A stretch of 64,000 nt of DNA from the NCBI GenBank assembly GCA_013265495.1, contig MU058788.1:1-64000 (forward strand), written 5' to 3'. Below, in pieces: positions 25,931-37,955 of this stretch (the first letter of the stretch is position 1; every line of letters starts with the position of its first letter). The stretch comes from Vicugna vicugna (taxonomy: Eukaryota). The notes below the pieces were generated by a model. The model ran no database searches and was not told the DNA's origin. It saw only the letters and a program-made list of their open reading frames with translations. The translations under genes and the position numbers were made by a program.

Positions 25931-28449
25931 ATGGGCTTCGAAAGCGGCCCCTAAACCGTGGAACCCCTCTACTGTGACATTTAGTGTCACTGCCAACCCA
26001 GGAAATTCTGGCTTATTGGAGATGGACCATGAGTTGGGCTGGAATCAGGGAATGAATGGTATCTTGGAACAAGCACGACAAGAGTAATTGGATAAAAAGA
26101 CTAACTTAAAAATCAGACCTTAAATGTCAACGCTGTGGTTCCTCCGCTTCAGAGGTTTCCTTCCTTGAGTCGTTCATTCATTCATTTATTCATTCTCAGC
26201 TGAAGGTTTTAGATGAAGGTAGGTATCTTATTTGATCCGTGGTGAGTTTCATAGGTTTGCTTTCTCTGGAGGGGCAGGAATGAGAGGTTCACGGCCAGAA
26301 CCGGCCTGGCTTATTTCTGAGCTGACATGTACTCTCAGCCCTGTTTTTTTTTTTTTTTTTTTCTGTTTTAACCCAGGGGACTGTTGTTCATGCACATGAA
26401 GTCTCCCTTTTCTGTTCATTCTTGAATGGTAAAGAGCATTGCTCCCAGTAAAAGCCCCGCAGCTTTTAAAACTGTGGTCACGTTAAACGGATTATTTTAA
26501 AAGCTTTTCTTCCCATGAAACGGTGCCTTCGCTGGTCCGCAGAGCCGGGAGTGCTGGTGAAACCTGACAAAGCTTTTCGCCTGTCTTGTGAAAGAAGACC
26601 AAGGAAGTAAGCCATGCTTGCTTAGTGTCTCCCTTTCCTTGATTTGCCACTTTTCTTGGCACAGGGGATTAGAAGCAGCAACAGTGTGGTGTTAGCATCT
26701 GGAGAGGTGGGCTTCTCCCTGGTGGGCGGCTTTTGCAGGGTCTTCCACGTGGATCTTAAGTCTTAAAAAAAATAATCAGAAAACTCCTTGTGGCCTGGTG
26801 GCAATAGGAAGGGACCGTGACCACGTAGAAAAAAATGTGGGAGACGAACAATTACACCTGGATTGGCGATTTGGGATTCTATTCTTTCTGTCAACGAACC
26901 GTAAAATTTAATCCTAGCCCTTAGAATGGGTTAGTGATTTGTCATTTGGGGAAGAGGCGTGTAAACGCAATAGCTTTTGAAATTGGAGTGGAAGACTCGC
27001 TAGCCTAGTGTGGTGGACCCTGATCTTTAAAGTAAATGCCCTGCGGCAGTTGCCGGAGGGGTGAGCAGAACCCGCTACCCTGCGTTTCCTCATCTGGAAT
27101 GTGAAACTGCATAGTCTTTCTTCCTTCTGAATTGTTTCCATGGATTCAGAGACTGGAGAGTCTCTTCAAATTTAGTTCATCCTGGTGATGAAAGGAAATA
27201 TATAGATTTTCTAGCTTGTAAAGTATGGACATAAAAAGATACTGTGGTGTGCGTGGAAAGACAATTTAAATATTAGCGATAGTTTCTTTAGATGTAAGTG
27301 GACTTAGGTTTCTTCTCTTGTTTCCTGCCGATCAGGGCAAGGCTCTGATTCCATACTGAGCCAATTTCTCTTCGCCCTGAGGTTTTTCACGGGGTTCCGG
27401 GCTTCGGGATGAGCCTCTGGGGGATTGGTTGTCTGACGGGAGCCTGACTGCTGTTTCTGCTGCTTCAGCACCCAGCCCGGGCTTATCACTGTGTGCCCGG
27501 CCTGTTAAATAACTCCTCGTAGGGCTGTTATTCTCCGTTTGGAGAAACCCAGAGAGCCAGCTCACCTCAAGTGCAAGTTTAATAAACGAAAGCAAGAGCA
27601 GGTGCCAGAAATCAGCCCATGCACTGCTGCACCACTCAGGACTCAGCGCTCAAGTTCAGGGTGTGTGGTCAGCCCTTTTGTGCATAATATTGTTTAAACC
27701 GCTGTTTTATTTTATTTACATTTGTATAGAGCCTTCCCTCCCCCATATTTTGCTCTTTTCCCCTAAATTGATGATTTGCACTTCAAGGATGCTTTTCCTT
27801 TGAGCATCTTAAATGCTTTAAAATTTTAATCATGTTGAGTCTCCCCTGGGCCCTGGTGTGTTGGCAGTGGATGGAGCCACAGGGAGAGGAAGGGATTTCT
27901 GTTGAAAGGAACCTGCCTCTGGGTAAAGTGTGGCTCTTTAGGTTGGAAAGGGGAGGATTTTCCAGTATGTGCGAGTGAGCTCCCCTGAGACACTGTGGCA
28001 AGCCCAGGGCCCCTTGTCTGGGCTCCCACCCCCGTGGGAGGCAGGGACAGTGTTCCCGAAGGGTGTGACCAGGGCCTGGCCGCCCGGACTTCCGCCCTCC
28101 CTCCTGGTTGAGCAGGGGTAGGTGCTGCAGCCCCTGCCCCGGGGTCCAAGCGTGGCGGCCGTGGGGTGAGAGCCCGTCGGAGGCATTCAGGGAGAGCGAG
28201 GGCGGGGGCTCTTGGCATGGTGGGGGCTCTCACTTGGCTGGAGCATGGTAGGTATAGGAGAATATTAGGGTGTTACTAGGGTGTCAAATTGAAGGAGGCG
28301 TTTCGAACTAGATCCTGGAGGGCTTCGAATGCCAAGCTGACTTGTTGGCCTTACTTTAATTGATCACAGGGAACCATTCATGATTTTTTGAGCCAGGCAG
28401 TGGAAACTTAAATGAAGGGGAGTGGCACGAATCCATTTATTGGCACTAA

Positions 28450-28605
28450 AACTAGCTTTCTACCCCTTTCTGCTTAGTGACCTTTAGTAATGTACTGAAC
28501 CTCTCTGACCCTCATTGCCTCATCTTTATAGCGGGGAAAGTTCCTGTAGCCAAAGACTAAACGCCCTTGGTAGGTGTCAGCAAACAGTAGGTGCTGAATA
28601 GATGG
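28450..28605 (+). mobile_element. MIR
   Basis: tagtgacctt...actgaacctctctgaccctcattgcctcatctttata core; 3' end cagtaggtgctgaatagatgg. Confidence 0.6.
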
Positions 28606-31278
28606 TATCTGGGGGGAAGAAAGAAAAAGGGGAAGAGCCTAAACATCTTGAAAAAGTAGTGAACCAGGAATCTCAACTGTCTTCTTCTTGATCTCTGGAA
28701 TTTTTTTTTTTTAAATCCCTCATCCATTCCTCCAAGTTTGACTTGGTTTGTTCATTTGGACTTGTACCATGAACCCTGAATGACATCAAGGACTGCCTTT
28801 TTGGGAAGTGGTTGGGACATCATGCCAGCTGTGGTGTCAGAGTAGGGGTCCCATCGGTGGGCAGCCATCAGGAAAGTGGGCGCAGGACACACACTTTCTT
28901 TGGTGGGTACTCAGTGGTCAGAGCACAGATAGTTGGGAGTGTCACTGGTGTGTCTCTTAGAGGTGGTCCCGTGGTGAGGAGGCTGGCCTGCTCTGCTCCC
29001 ATCCGGGGTCTGGGTGCCCCCCCCACCTGCGGCAGGAGGGGAGCTGAACACAGGACTTTCATGGCAATCAGCAGAGCTGTGAGCATGTCTGCGGGGGGTT
29101 GGGAAGGGAGACTGAGGCCACAGCCCGCCACCTAGGATCAGGTAAAGACTTCCATGGGCAAGGAGAGCTTGAAGTTGAGGTCAGGAGCGCAGTTGTGGGG
29201 GAAGAACCCCGTATAGCCGGAGATTGTGACAGATGGCACACAAAGGACCTTTGCTCTAAAGAAAAAGAGTTTCTTTCGCTGTACTGGAGTGATGTCACGC
29301 GCCGTCCCCCACCCCTCCCCGTGCTCACATGGGGCAGGAATGACGAGCTCTCCCTTCAGCCCTCTAGTGAAAATGGAAGAGCCTCATGTGCCTCCCCCAG
29401 CACTGGGCGGGCCCGCTCGCCTGAGCCCTCTCAGGCCTCAGGATGGGGCCGGGGGACCCGGGGAGCGCCTGACCTTGTGCCGGGGCTTCGGGCCCCCTGG
29501 CAATCTCTCCACCCTCCGTCCTGGTGAGTGGTGGTGGGGCTCCTGTTTGGAGGAACGGGTACTTGAGAGGTGGTCGGAAAAACCGTCGGGGCAGGGAGGG
29601 GGAGACGTGCACACTCGTGTATATACCATATCTCAGTCTCTGGGGAGAGAGAACTCAGCTTGGGAAGGGGTCGATGTCAGGGCCAGCAGTGCGGTGCTGC
29701 CTGACTTCTAGCAAGTCCAGCGGCAGCGGCTTTGTGGATGGAGGTGGGGGTGGTGGAGCGGCTGCCTGGGGCAGGGGCCTGGGAAACGCAGGAGCTGACC
29801 GCGAGGTCCTGGCTGAGATCCCGGGAAGGAGGCAAGGTGCTCCTGGGAAACGTCTGTGAAGTCTCCCAGCCGGCCCGGCAGAAATTGTGGGGTGAGAAAG
29901 CCGCCAGCCTGGCCAAGCCCACTCCCCCTTTTGTTCTTCTGCTTTTATCCTTGTGAACCCTGTTCTGGAGGCTCCGTTTGCCTGGATGATGCTAAGACGT
30001 ACAAGCTGGGCGGACATCCAGATGGAAACACACCCTTACAGCCATGCCGCACGAATTAAGACAGTGAGATACTTTGTTAAACAAACGTCTCTTGAGCCCC
30101 CAGCCCCAGCTGCTCTGCTTCTCCCTCGGGAGCCCAGCTCCACGGTCAGCAACTAAAGAGGCAGATCCCGGCCGGGCGGGGGCTCCTGGACCCGGCTCCC
30201 GTGCCCTGCCGCAGCGGTCCTTAGTAACAGCTGAGCATCACTCCTGTAACGATGCTGCTTGGATCGAAGCAGGGGCTGGCCTGGTGTCACTTCCATAACC
30301 TGAAAGATGGCCTTCCCCCGTGAGCAAGTCTTTGATTCCTTGTTGCCATTGGGGATCCTCGTTCTGCTGCTGTGGTCTTGGATCCCTGGCCCCCACACCG
30401 CCTTCCTGCTGAGCTTTCTTCAGGAGGACCTCTTGGCACTTCCATGGGCAAGCCCTCCCGGGTGGGACCCAGGGTAGGCTCGGCCTGATGAGGAGCTCTC
30501 CTCCATCAGGGTGATGTTGGACGCATCGGTCCAAGCCTCCAGCAGATGCTTGTGCCCTCACAGTGGAACTTGACCTTGCTTTCTTAGCTGGCGTGAGGAT
30601 TCCCTGCCCTTTGGCCACGTGCTTGACCTTAAGGATAAACCCCAGGCGTGGAGGTACCAGTGCTGCCTGTCTGGGTTATCTGTCCAGTCAAGAGAGCCCC
30701 CACCTGTCTCATTCCCGCCCGGGTCACAGAGGCACCTCCTCTTCTCTGTGCCCCTTGCCTGAGGCAGGCCGGCGGGTCTGGGCTCCTGCTCACATCTGCC
30801 TCCTGCAGGGCAGGCTGAGACACTGGGCATTTCTGCATTTAGTCACGAGCAGGGTTACAGGCCCCGGGAACGTGTGTCATTCTGTATGGATTGGGTTTCT
30901 CCGCGTGCCGGAGGGTAGGTGGCAGTGATTCATCAGGGCTGGGTTTGAAGGAACCGAAAAACGGTCACACAGAATCTCACTCCTGGGCTTACATTTAATC
31001 CGCTTTCCTTGGCTGCAGGAGTCATGTGCCCCGGGCTGCGGCTCCTGCAGGGGCTGCTCGTGGCTCAACCTGGGCTCAGCCCGCCCAGGCCGCCCACCCT
31101 GGCCTCTCTGAAGTGTCTACTGGGCCCCTCCTGCTGGCCGCCAGGTCCTGCCCGGTGCCACTTTGAGAGGAGGAGTGGCCGGGACGGCTGGGGAGAGAGT
31201 TGCTGAATTCCCAGAGCGCAGATCAGGACAAGCGTCTGGCAGGGACTGAGGTGCTTAGGGGCCGGGGTTTCTCTGACT

Positions 31279-31485
31279 CAGGGCATCTCAGCCTCGACGT
31301 GGCTGACATTTGGAGTCAGATCATCTTTGTCGCGAAGGGCCGCCCTGTGCACTGCAGGACGTTTAGCAGCTTCCACTGGACACTGGTGGTCCCCGCCTCC
31401 CGCCTCAGCTGTGACAACCAGCAGTGTCTACAGGCACTGCCAAGTGTCCCCTGGGGGCCGAACTGCCCTCGGTTAAGAACCACTG
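31279..31485 (-). mobile_element. MER20 (hAT-Charlie) DNA transposon
   Basis: Ends ggttaagaaccactg (reverse complement CAGTGGTTCTTAACC); internal tgtgacaacc...tgccaagtgtcccctggggg and cctgtgcactgcaggacgtttagcagc. Confidence 0.85.
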
Positions 31486-31594
31486 CCAGAGTCCATGTTA
31501 ACTTTGATTTCTTTTTTTCCCCTGCTGTCTTCACGGAGCAGGGCTGCCCCTCGGTGCAGTTTGGGGTGGAACCCTCGGAAAGCGTTTCGACTTA

Positions 31595-31770
31595 ATCAGC
31601 ACTTACAACCCACTGTGTGCCAGGTGTGTCCTGATGCTGGACAGACATCAACTGGTTTACCCCTCAGAACAGTCCTTTTAGGCCTCCCATTGCACTGATG
31701 AAGACTGAAGCACGGAAAGGTTCAGGCGCTTCCCCAAGGTCACGGAGCTATTGGGTGGCAGCGCCAGGGT
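31595..31770 (-). mobile_element. MIR
   Basis: cccattgcactgatgaagactgaagcacggaaaggtt...cccaaggtcacggagcta. Confidence 0.65.
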
Positions 31771-33774
31771 GGTCTGCTGGGAGGACTCGCCCCTGGGCCG
31801 GCCGGTGAGGTTCTGTGCTGGCTGTCACTTTCCGGGATTTCCGCGCCCCCTCTGTGCTCCAGCGGTGCCTGCGTCCTGCTGACCGTGGCGGTGTTCCTGG
31901 AAGGCGCTGTGGAGCAGGTGCCTTGATGGGAGGGCCGCTCTCTCCGTTTTTACCACTTGCTCTGTGAAATGTCTCATGTGTCCTTATCCTCAGGCCTCTG
32001 CCTGTCCTGGAGTCCTTAGCTGCCCCCTGGCAGGAGCAGACGTGAAGACAGGCCCTGGCCCCTCTTGCTGTTCTTTCAGTGAGGACTCCTTGTGCACCTG
32101 CTGTGTGCCGGGTGCTGGTTGTGCATTTGGGGATCCAGCAGTGAAGAGAACAGGGACAAAAATCTCATCACTTGAGGAACTTCCACTCTGGGAGGGAGCT
32201 AGGCCGGAGTGTGGTAGATACAGAAGTTACGTAGTGTGAAAAGGGGCTGAGTGCCATGGAGAAGACGGGACCAGGTGAGGGGGGGGGTTGCAGTGTCACT
32301 GGGGGTCCTGTGGGCTCCACGGGGAGGTGCGACTTGAATGGGTTTGAGCTGATACCCAAAGCAGGCGAGTCCCTGGCTCAGGTTGCTCAGGGGCACCCCT
32401 GGGTTCAGCTGGGTCTGGCCTGTTTGGTGATCTCTGAATGCTTTGGTTTCTTTTGCTAAATAAACGAGCCAGTTTTCTTTCCTGGAGGCTGTTGCCTCTG
32501 TTCTGTCAGTGGTGGAGTTTCCTCCATCCTACGGGAACCTCGGATCTCCTGTTGTTGTTCGGCAGGTGTCTCGGGTGAGGTGTGAACTCGTCCCGGTGAA
32601 TGCGCTGTGCACACCCCCAGACCACCCTCTCCGCCAGGAGCCAGGACCACTTTAGGTGCCCAAAGGTTAAGTCGCTGACTGACTCTGTGGAATGTGCTTG
32701 TGGAGCAGTCTCGTTGCATGACGTCTGAGCTGATCTCTGCAGGGCCCGGTGGACCAGGCGAGCATCCGTTCACCGTCCACTATTGGCACACCATTAAATC
32801 ACATCCCTCATTTGTAGATTGCTTTCCACACATGCTGTCATTTAATGAGAAATCCCGCTGGTCCCTGTGCACCTGCTCCCGCACGGGGTCTCCCCTGGGA
32901 TGTCGGCTCTGTGAGCTGCTCTGGGTGATGGGCTTGTGGATTTCTTAGGAAGCTGGAGGGCAGACGCCTGCCTGGTCCCTGGGCTTTGGAGAGGTTGATC
33001 TTGGCAGTGGGGTGATGTTGAGGCACCGTGATCCGTGACGTTCATGGAGAATAAAATGGACGTGTGACTTTGTTGCCCACAGCCCCTTTAGGGAGTGGGG
33101 CGGTGGGAAATCACAGGTCCTCCTGGATCTCAAGTGAGCGCATCCAGCTGCTTTTTGTAGAAGCTGTTGGCATTTGTGAGATGCCTTATGAGGGTGTGCG
33201 CCATGCCTCAGCGCATTTCTGGGTGAAACACCCAGGAAGTGCATGTGGCTGCAGAGAAAAGGTGCTTTTAAAGGCCTCAGACTCAGGGGCTGCCATCGAG
33301 GCTTCTTCATCTCTGTCTGCTGCAGGGGCCAGCCCTGAAAGTGACCGCGTCTCTTCCTGAGAGCGCTGCTCCAGGACGGGGACAGACTTCAAACGAAGGT
33401 GACTCGCTTTCTTAGCTGTCACCTTGTGGGAGCTGGAGGAGCAGATGCAAAGCAGAGGCCTGTGTCCTAGCGACGCCCATAAAGGAACACGCCGACTCTT
33501 GGCGGGGAGCGGGGGACGGGGTGGGTCTCACTGTCCCAGGTGGTGAGCCGGTTGGCCCAGTGTGGGAGGCCGTCAGGTCATTGCCCTGGTCCTTCCTGCC
33601 TCCAGGGCTTTCCTGTTGACCTAGATTGTGAGCTTCTGCTCTGTGACCTTCGAGATCCCCTCCCTGCCACCACCTTCCCACCTCCCACTCCCCCCGACCC
33701 TGCGTAACGAGCAGTCCACTTGTTTTCTTTCCCGTCACACTTTAATGATCACTGATGTCCCCCTGTCTCTGGGA

Positions 33775-34505
33775 TGTACCCAAATCTAAGATGCCATTGT
33801 TCACAAAAACCATTATTTTATGTACCACTAGGGAAGAAAAAACACTGTCCGTTGACCTTTGACACATGGTTTCTTATCAGTTAACAGTTTTATTTTCTAC
33901 TTCTTTAAGGGGCTCTTTTAGATTTAATTAGACATTGATTTTTCCATTTATCACTCCTGCACATAGAGAAAAAGGAAAATACACATGAAATACATTGGGT
34001 GAGGGGCTCCTTACAATTTTTCGGTGTCTGCTTTTTGCCTAAGAGATGTTAGTGCCTGTTTCCCTGAGACAGAGACATCCATCCTCTGTGCCACCAAGAT
34101 CTTTGGTGGATGCAGCATTTCCTAAAAGCACCCAGAAAAGCGCTGAGAGCCCGTGCTTCTGGGCTCTCTCCATCGCTTGGCCTTTCCTAGAGTTGGCCAA
34201 CTTCAGACCCTTCTGGGGACTTAGCCCAACCCCCCAGCTCACCGGGCATTTCTCTCCCACTCGATCTAGTGTCTTGAAATTACTGGTGCTTGATGCTTGC
34301 TTCTGGAGTTTTCTTCCAAGGCACGGACATGCCTCCTGCAGGCTTTGCTGGTGGCATGTTTTACGTTTGAGCGTGTGTGGGTAGTGACAAGGGGCATCGT
34401 AGCCTGTGCCTGGCCATAGCATCGTAAGGTGTCATTCTTTGTGAAAGACATCCCAGTTTCATGTCAGACTATGAAAAAAATGTGCATCGTTCAGTTTGAG
34501 TTAGG
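33775..34505 (-). mobile_element. Kanga1/MER104-family (TcMar-Tc2) DNA transposon derivative
   Basis: Left end aatctaagatgccattg...ccattattttatgtaccacta and right end gacatccc...aaaaaatgtgcatc match the reverse complement of MER104 ends as I recall them; related to the 56095-56530 copy. Confidence 0.65.
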
Positions 34506-34943
34506 GGCTGTCTTTGTCTGAAGTGTCAGTTACTTCCCCCTCTGGGATCTCAGCTCCAGGCCCCCGTAGCCTCATCAGAACATGTGCATATGCATCTGTT
34601 CACTTAAATCCCCAGAATTCACGTAACAGGCACTGGGTAGTAGATAAAATTTAAGGCATTAGTATTAATTTTACTTAGTGGCACTGATGGCCTGGGGAGT
34701 ATGTCTTGTGAAGATCCTCATCTTTTGTAGACACAAACTGAAGTATTTATGCCTGCAGTGATACCTGTGGGAAAACTATGAGGAAGCAGGACGGGCTGAG
34801 TGTGTTACTGAGTGACTGATTGATGGGCACCTGGGGGTCAGCACACTATTTTATTTTTGCGAACTTAGAAAATTTTATTTAAAAAATTAAAAAAAAATTT
34901 AGATGTATGTAGCTTAAACTAGCAAACCAGCAGAAAACTAGGA

Positions 34944-35097
34944 TTTTTAAAAAACATTTTATTTTATTTATTTAATTTTTTTGGTGGGGGGGTAACTAGG
35001 TTTGTTTACTTACTTATTTTAATGGTCGTACTGGGGACTGAACCCAGGACCTCGTGCCCGCTAAGCATGCGCTCTACCTCTGAGCTATATCCTCCCC
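34944..35097 (-). mobile_element. Vic-1-type SINE (long form)
   Basis: Reverse-complement head aacccaggacctcgtgcccgctaagcatgcgctctacctctgagctatatcctcccc; TSD aaaactaggatttt / aaaactaggagtttt. Confidence 0.9.
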
Positions 35098-35136
35098 TGC
35101 AAAACTAGGAGTTTTCGAAAAGCAGACTTAAGGTTT

Positions 35137-36107
35137 TGTGATAGGGTCAGAGAAAGGTTTCTGCTCCCAGTTCCCAACATATTGTATGGTGGGGGTGGGG
35201 GTAAGGGCAGGGCCGCCTCTGCACACTAGTCAGTGCTCGGACACTAGCTGGGTGTCCCAGTTCTGACACTGTCCACCCGGAGATACCATCAGGTCCCTCA
35301 GGTTAAGGGCTCAGTCCTACAAGACTGCCCCCCACCCCCTTCAGATGCCAGTCGCAAGCCCAGATTGTCACCTGTACTTCTGATCTGCAGGCTATAAGTC
35401 AGAGGTTCCCATGAGCACCTCCTTGGGTTCAAGTTTACTAGAGTGGCTCACAGAACTCAGGAAACCAAGTTCTCACTAGATTACTGAATTATTACAAAGG
35501 ATATTCAAGGATTCAGATCAACAGTCAGATGAAGAGGCACGTGGCATGAGATCCCGAGGAAAGGTGCTTCCGTCCTCGTGGTACTTAGGGTGCAGCACAG
35601 TGGTACCTGGGAGTGCTTTGGTTCCTCAGCCTGGAAGCTCCCTGCACCCATCCTTTTGGGGTTTTATGGAGGCTTCATTACATGGGAGTGATTGATGAAG
35701 TCATTGGCCATTGGTGACTAAGTTAGTCTCCAGCCCGTCTCTCCTCCCAGGAAATCAGGTGGGTGGGACTTAGAACCTCTGTTCACGGTTGGTGACCCCG
35801 GCAACAGCCCCCATCTGCAGGTGCTTTCCAAAAGTCACCTCATTGACATACACCCAGCAGTGGTGGAAAGGGACTCGTTGTGAATAACAAGACACACATT
35901 TCACCTTTAAGGCTCAGAAGCCATGTCAGGAACTGGGGACAAGAGACCAAATAAAACAGAAGATGCCCCCGCTGCTCTTACTGCTCAGGGAATTCCACGG
36001 GGTTTAGGGGCTGTGAGCCAGAAACAGGGACAAAAACCAAATGTGTGTGAGAAGTATGTTTTAGTCATCTGAACAAATATGTGTTTCTTATAAATTGCAA
36101 TATCACA
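35137..36107 (-). mobile_element. MER21-like solo LTR
   Basis: TG...CA termini (tgtgataggg...caatatcaca); colinear homology with 678-1556. Confidence 0.8.
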
Positions 36108-37844
36108 GTCAGTAAAAATATACACTGTAAAATACACAGTAAGAATATATACACTGTATGTCTTCCGTGATTTAGGAAGATCCAGCGATGATTCTTTTGA
36201 AAGGATACTTCAGGGTTTGCCTGAGATCTGGAATTGTCACCTGTATCACCAGGAAAACATTCTTACATTTGGTACCATTGCTTCTCCAAGAATTCCTGAA
36301 ATTCTTTGGAAAATGCTACTTCTTATGAACCTTTTGGTGGCAGAGTATCAATTTAGGTGGTTGGTGAGATCGCTTACTTTTAACCAGACTGCTCAGTGGC
36401 CCAGAGACCCTGTCGCTCAGCAGAGTTTGACCTGCATGTTTTATTACGTCTACTGCCTGCTTCTTGTTTGACAGGCACCCGGTGGGCGGAAAACATGCCT
36501 GTCCGTCCATTCCTTCTGCCAGCTCTGTCACTCATGCGGGCAGCTTTGCCGGCTGTCACACAGGGCTTTTCGGAGCTGCAGATGATCTGGGAAGCCACGG
36601 TGGGAGACTTCAGTAAATACATATTATTCCTTTTTTGTTTCCCTAACAGGATATTTTTGCCAAGCCCTCATATTTGTAAATTAGAGATTTTTGACAGACA
36701 TACGATGCTGCCTGCTCTCTGTAAGGGGTAATTCCTGGTACGTCAGATTCACAACAGCGCCGTTGTTCAGATGCCTGGAACACTTGGGAACCTTTGCTCA
36801 TTCATCTTTCCTGCGGCCTTCCTGGCTCTCCTCCCGCACTCACACGTGCGGTTTCCTGTGGACCCAAGGTTATTAACCTGCGGCACCGGTCGTGCAGTAG
36901 CAGGGCTGGGGCTGGAATGTTAATGTTCCCCAAACTACCTGAGCTGCGTCTTTGGAGAAGGTCGGCCACTGCGGTCCCGGATCGTCGACAAGTTCCAAAT
37001 CGCAGGTTTCTCTCGCTGGTGCAGAGCTGCACCTCCAGCCTGGAAGGTGCTGATTACCTGGGCTGGTGATCATCTCCTTAACCTTTCTATTGCAGACTGC
37101 TGACGCAGGGGAGCCAGCCGGAGCTGTTCTTGGGTGGTCTGACCTCAGGGTCTGCGGCTGGGCTGTGCAGGCCTCCTGAACGGCCGCACACAGGCAGGTG
37201 GGGCCTCGTGGGGGCCTCCCTGTGCGGAGGGCTGCTGGGTTGTCCTCCGTCTGTGCTTGGTGACTTCCAAGCCCCCCCATCCCCCCACCGCCAGTCTGCA
37301 TCCAGAAGATGTGAGCTGAGTCTCTTTTTGTTTTCAAATGAAAAGGAGTGTAGGTGAAGTATCCTCAGTCCCTGGTGGTAAATCTGACTTGGCATGGAAG
37401 TGTTTGTACTTAAGATAGAATTTTCAGTTTAAACAGTTTTTCTCCCTAACCTGTGGGGAGTGGGAGGTGGGTCCTGCCCCAGAGGGACTTCCTGATACAC
37501 TGCGGGGGGCCGGGGCCTGGGCCTGCAGGCGGCCTTCCCCCTGCTCTCCTGGTGGGCGGGCGGAGGTGAGCTGAGGTTTCTGCAGGGAGGGGGAGGCTGC
37601 CCGCAGGGTGGGGCTGGGGGCGGCTCTGCCCACTTGGGTGTTGGGGGGCTGGGTCCCAGTGGGCTGCAGGGCAGCTCAGCACACCCACGTTGGATGTTTG
37701 GAAACTGGCCTGCTCCTGGCTCCGGCCTCCTGGGTCTTCCAGGAGGAGCCCAGGGCGATGGTGTAGGGAAGCTCTCGAGGGTGGCTGGCTTGGGGCCAGT
37801 CAGGCTGAAGTGGCCACCAGGCTGCTTCACCCAGGGACCGCCGC

Positions 37845-37955
37845 CTGAGTTTGAATTCTGGCTTCTGCAGCCGGCTCTGTAAACTCAAGCAAGTTGCTTA
37901 ATCCCTCTTTGCCTTGGTTTCTGCACACCCGCATCTCATGGAGTTGTTCAGTGGG
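37845..37955 (+). mobile_element. MIR core
   Basis: gagtttgaattctggcttc...gcaagttgcttaatccctctttgccttggtttct. Confidence 0.6.
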
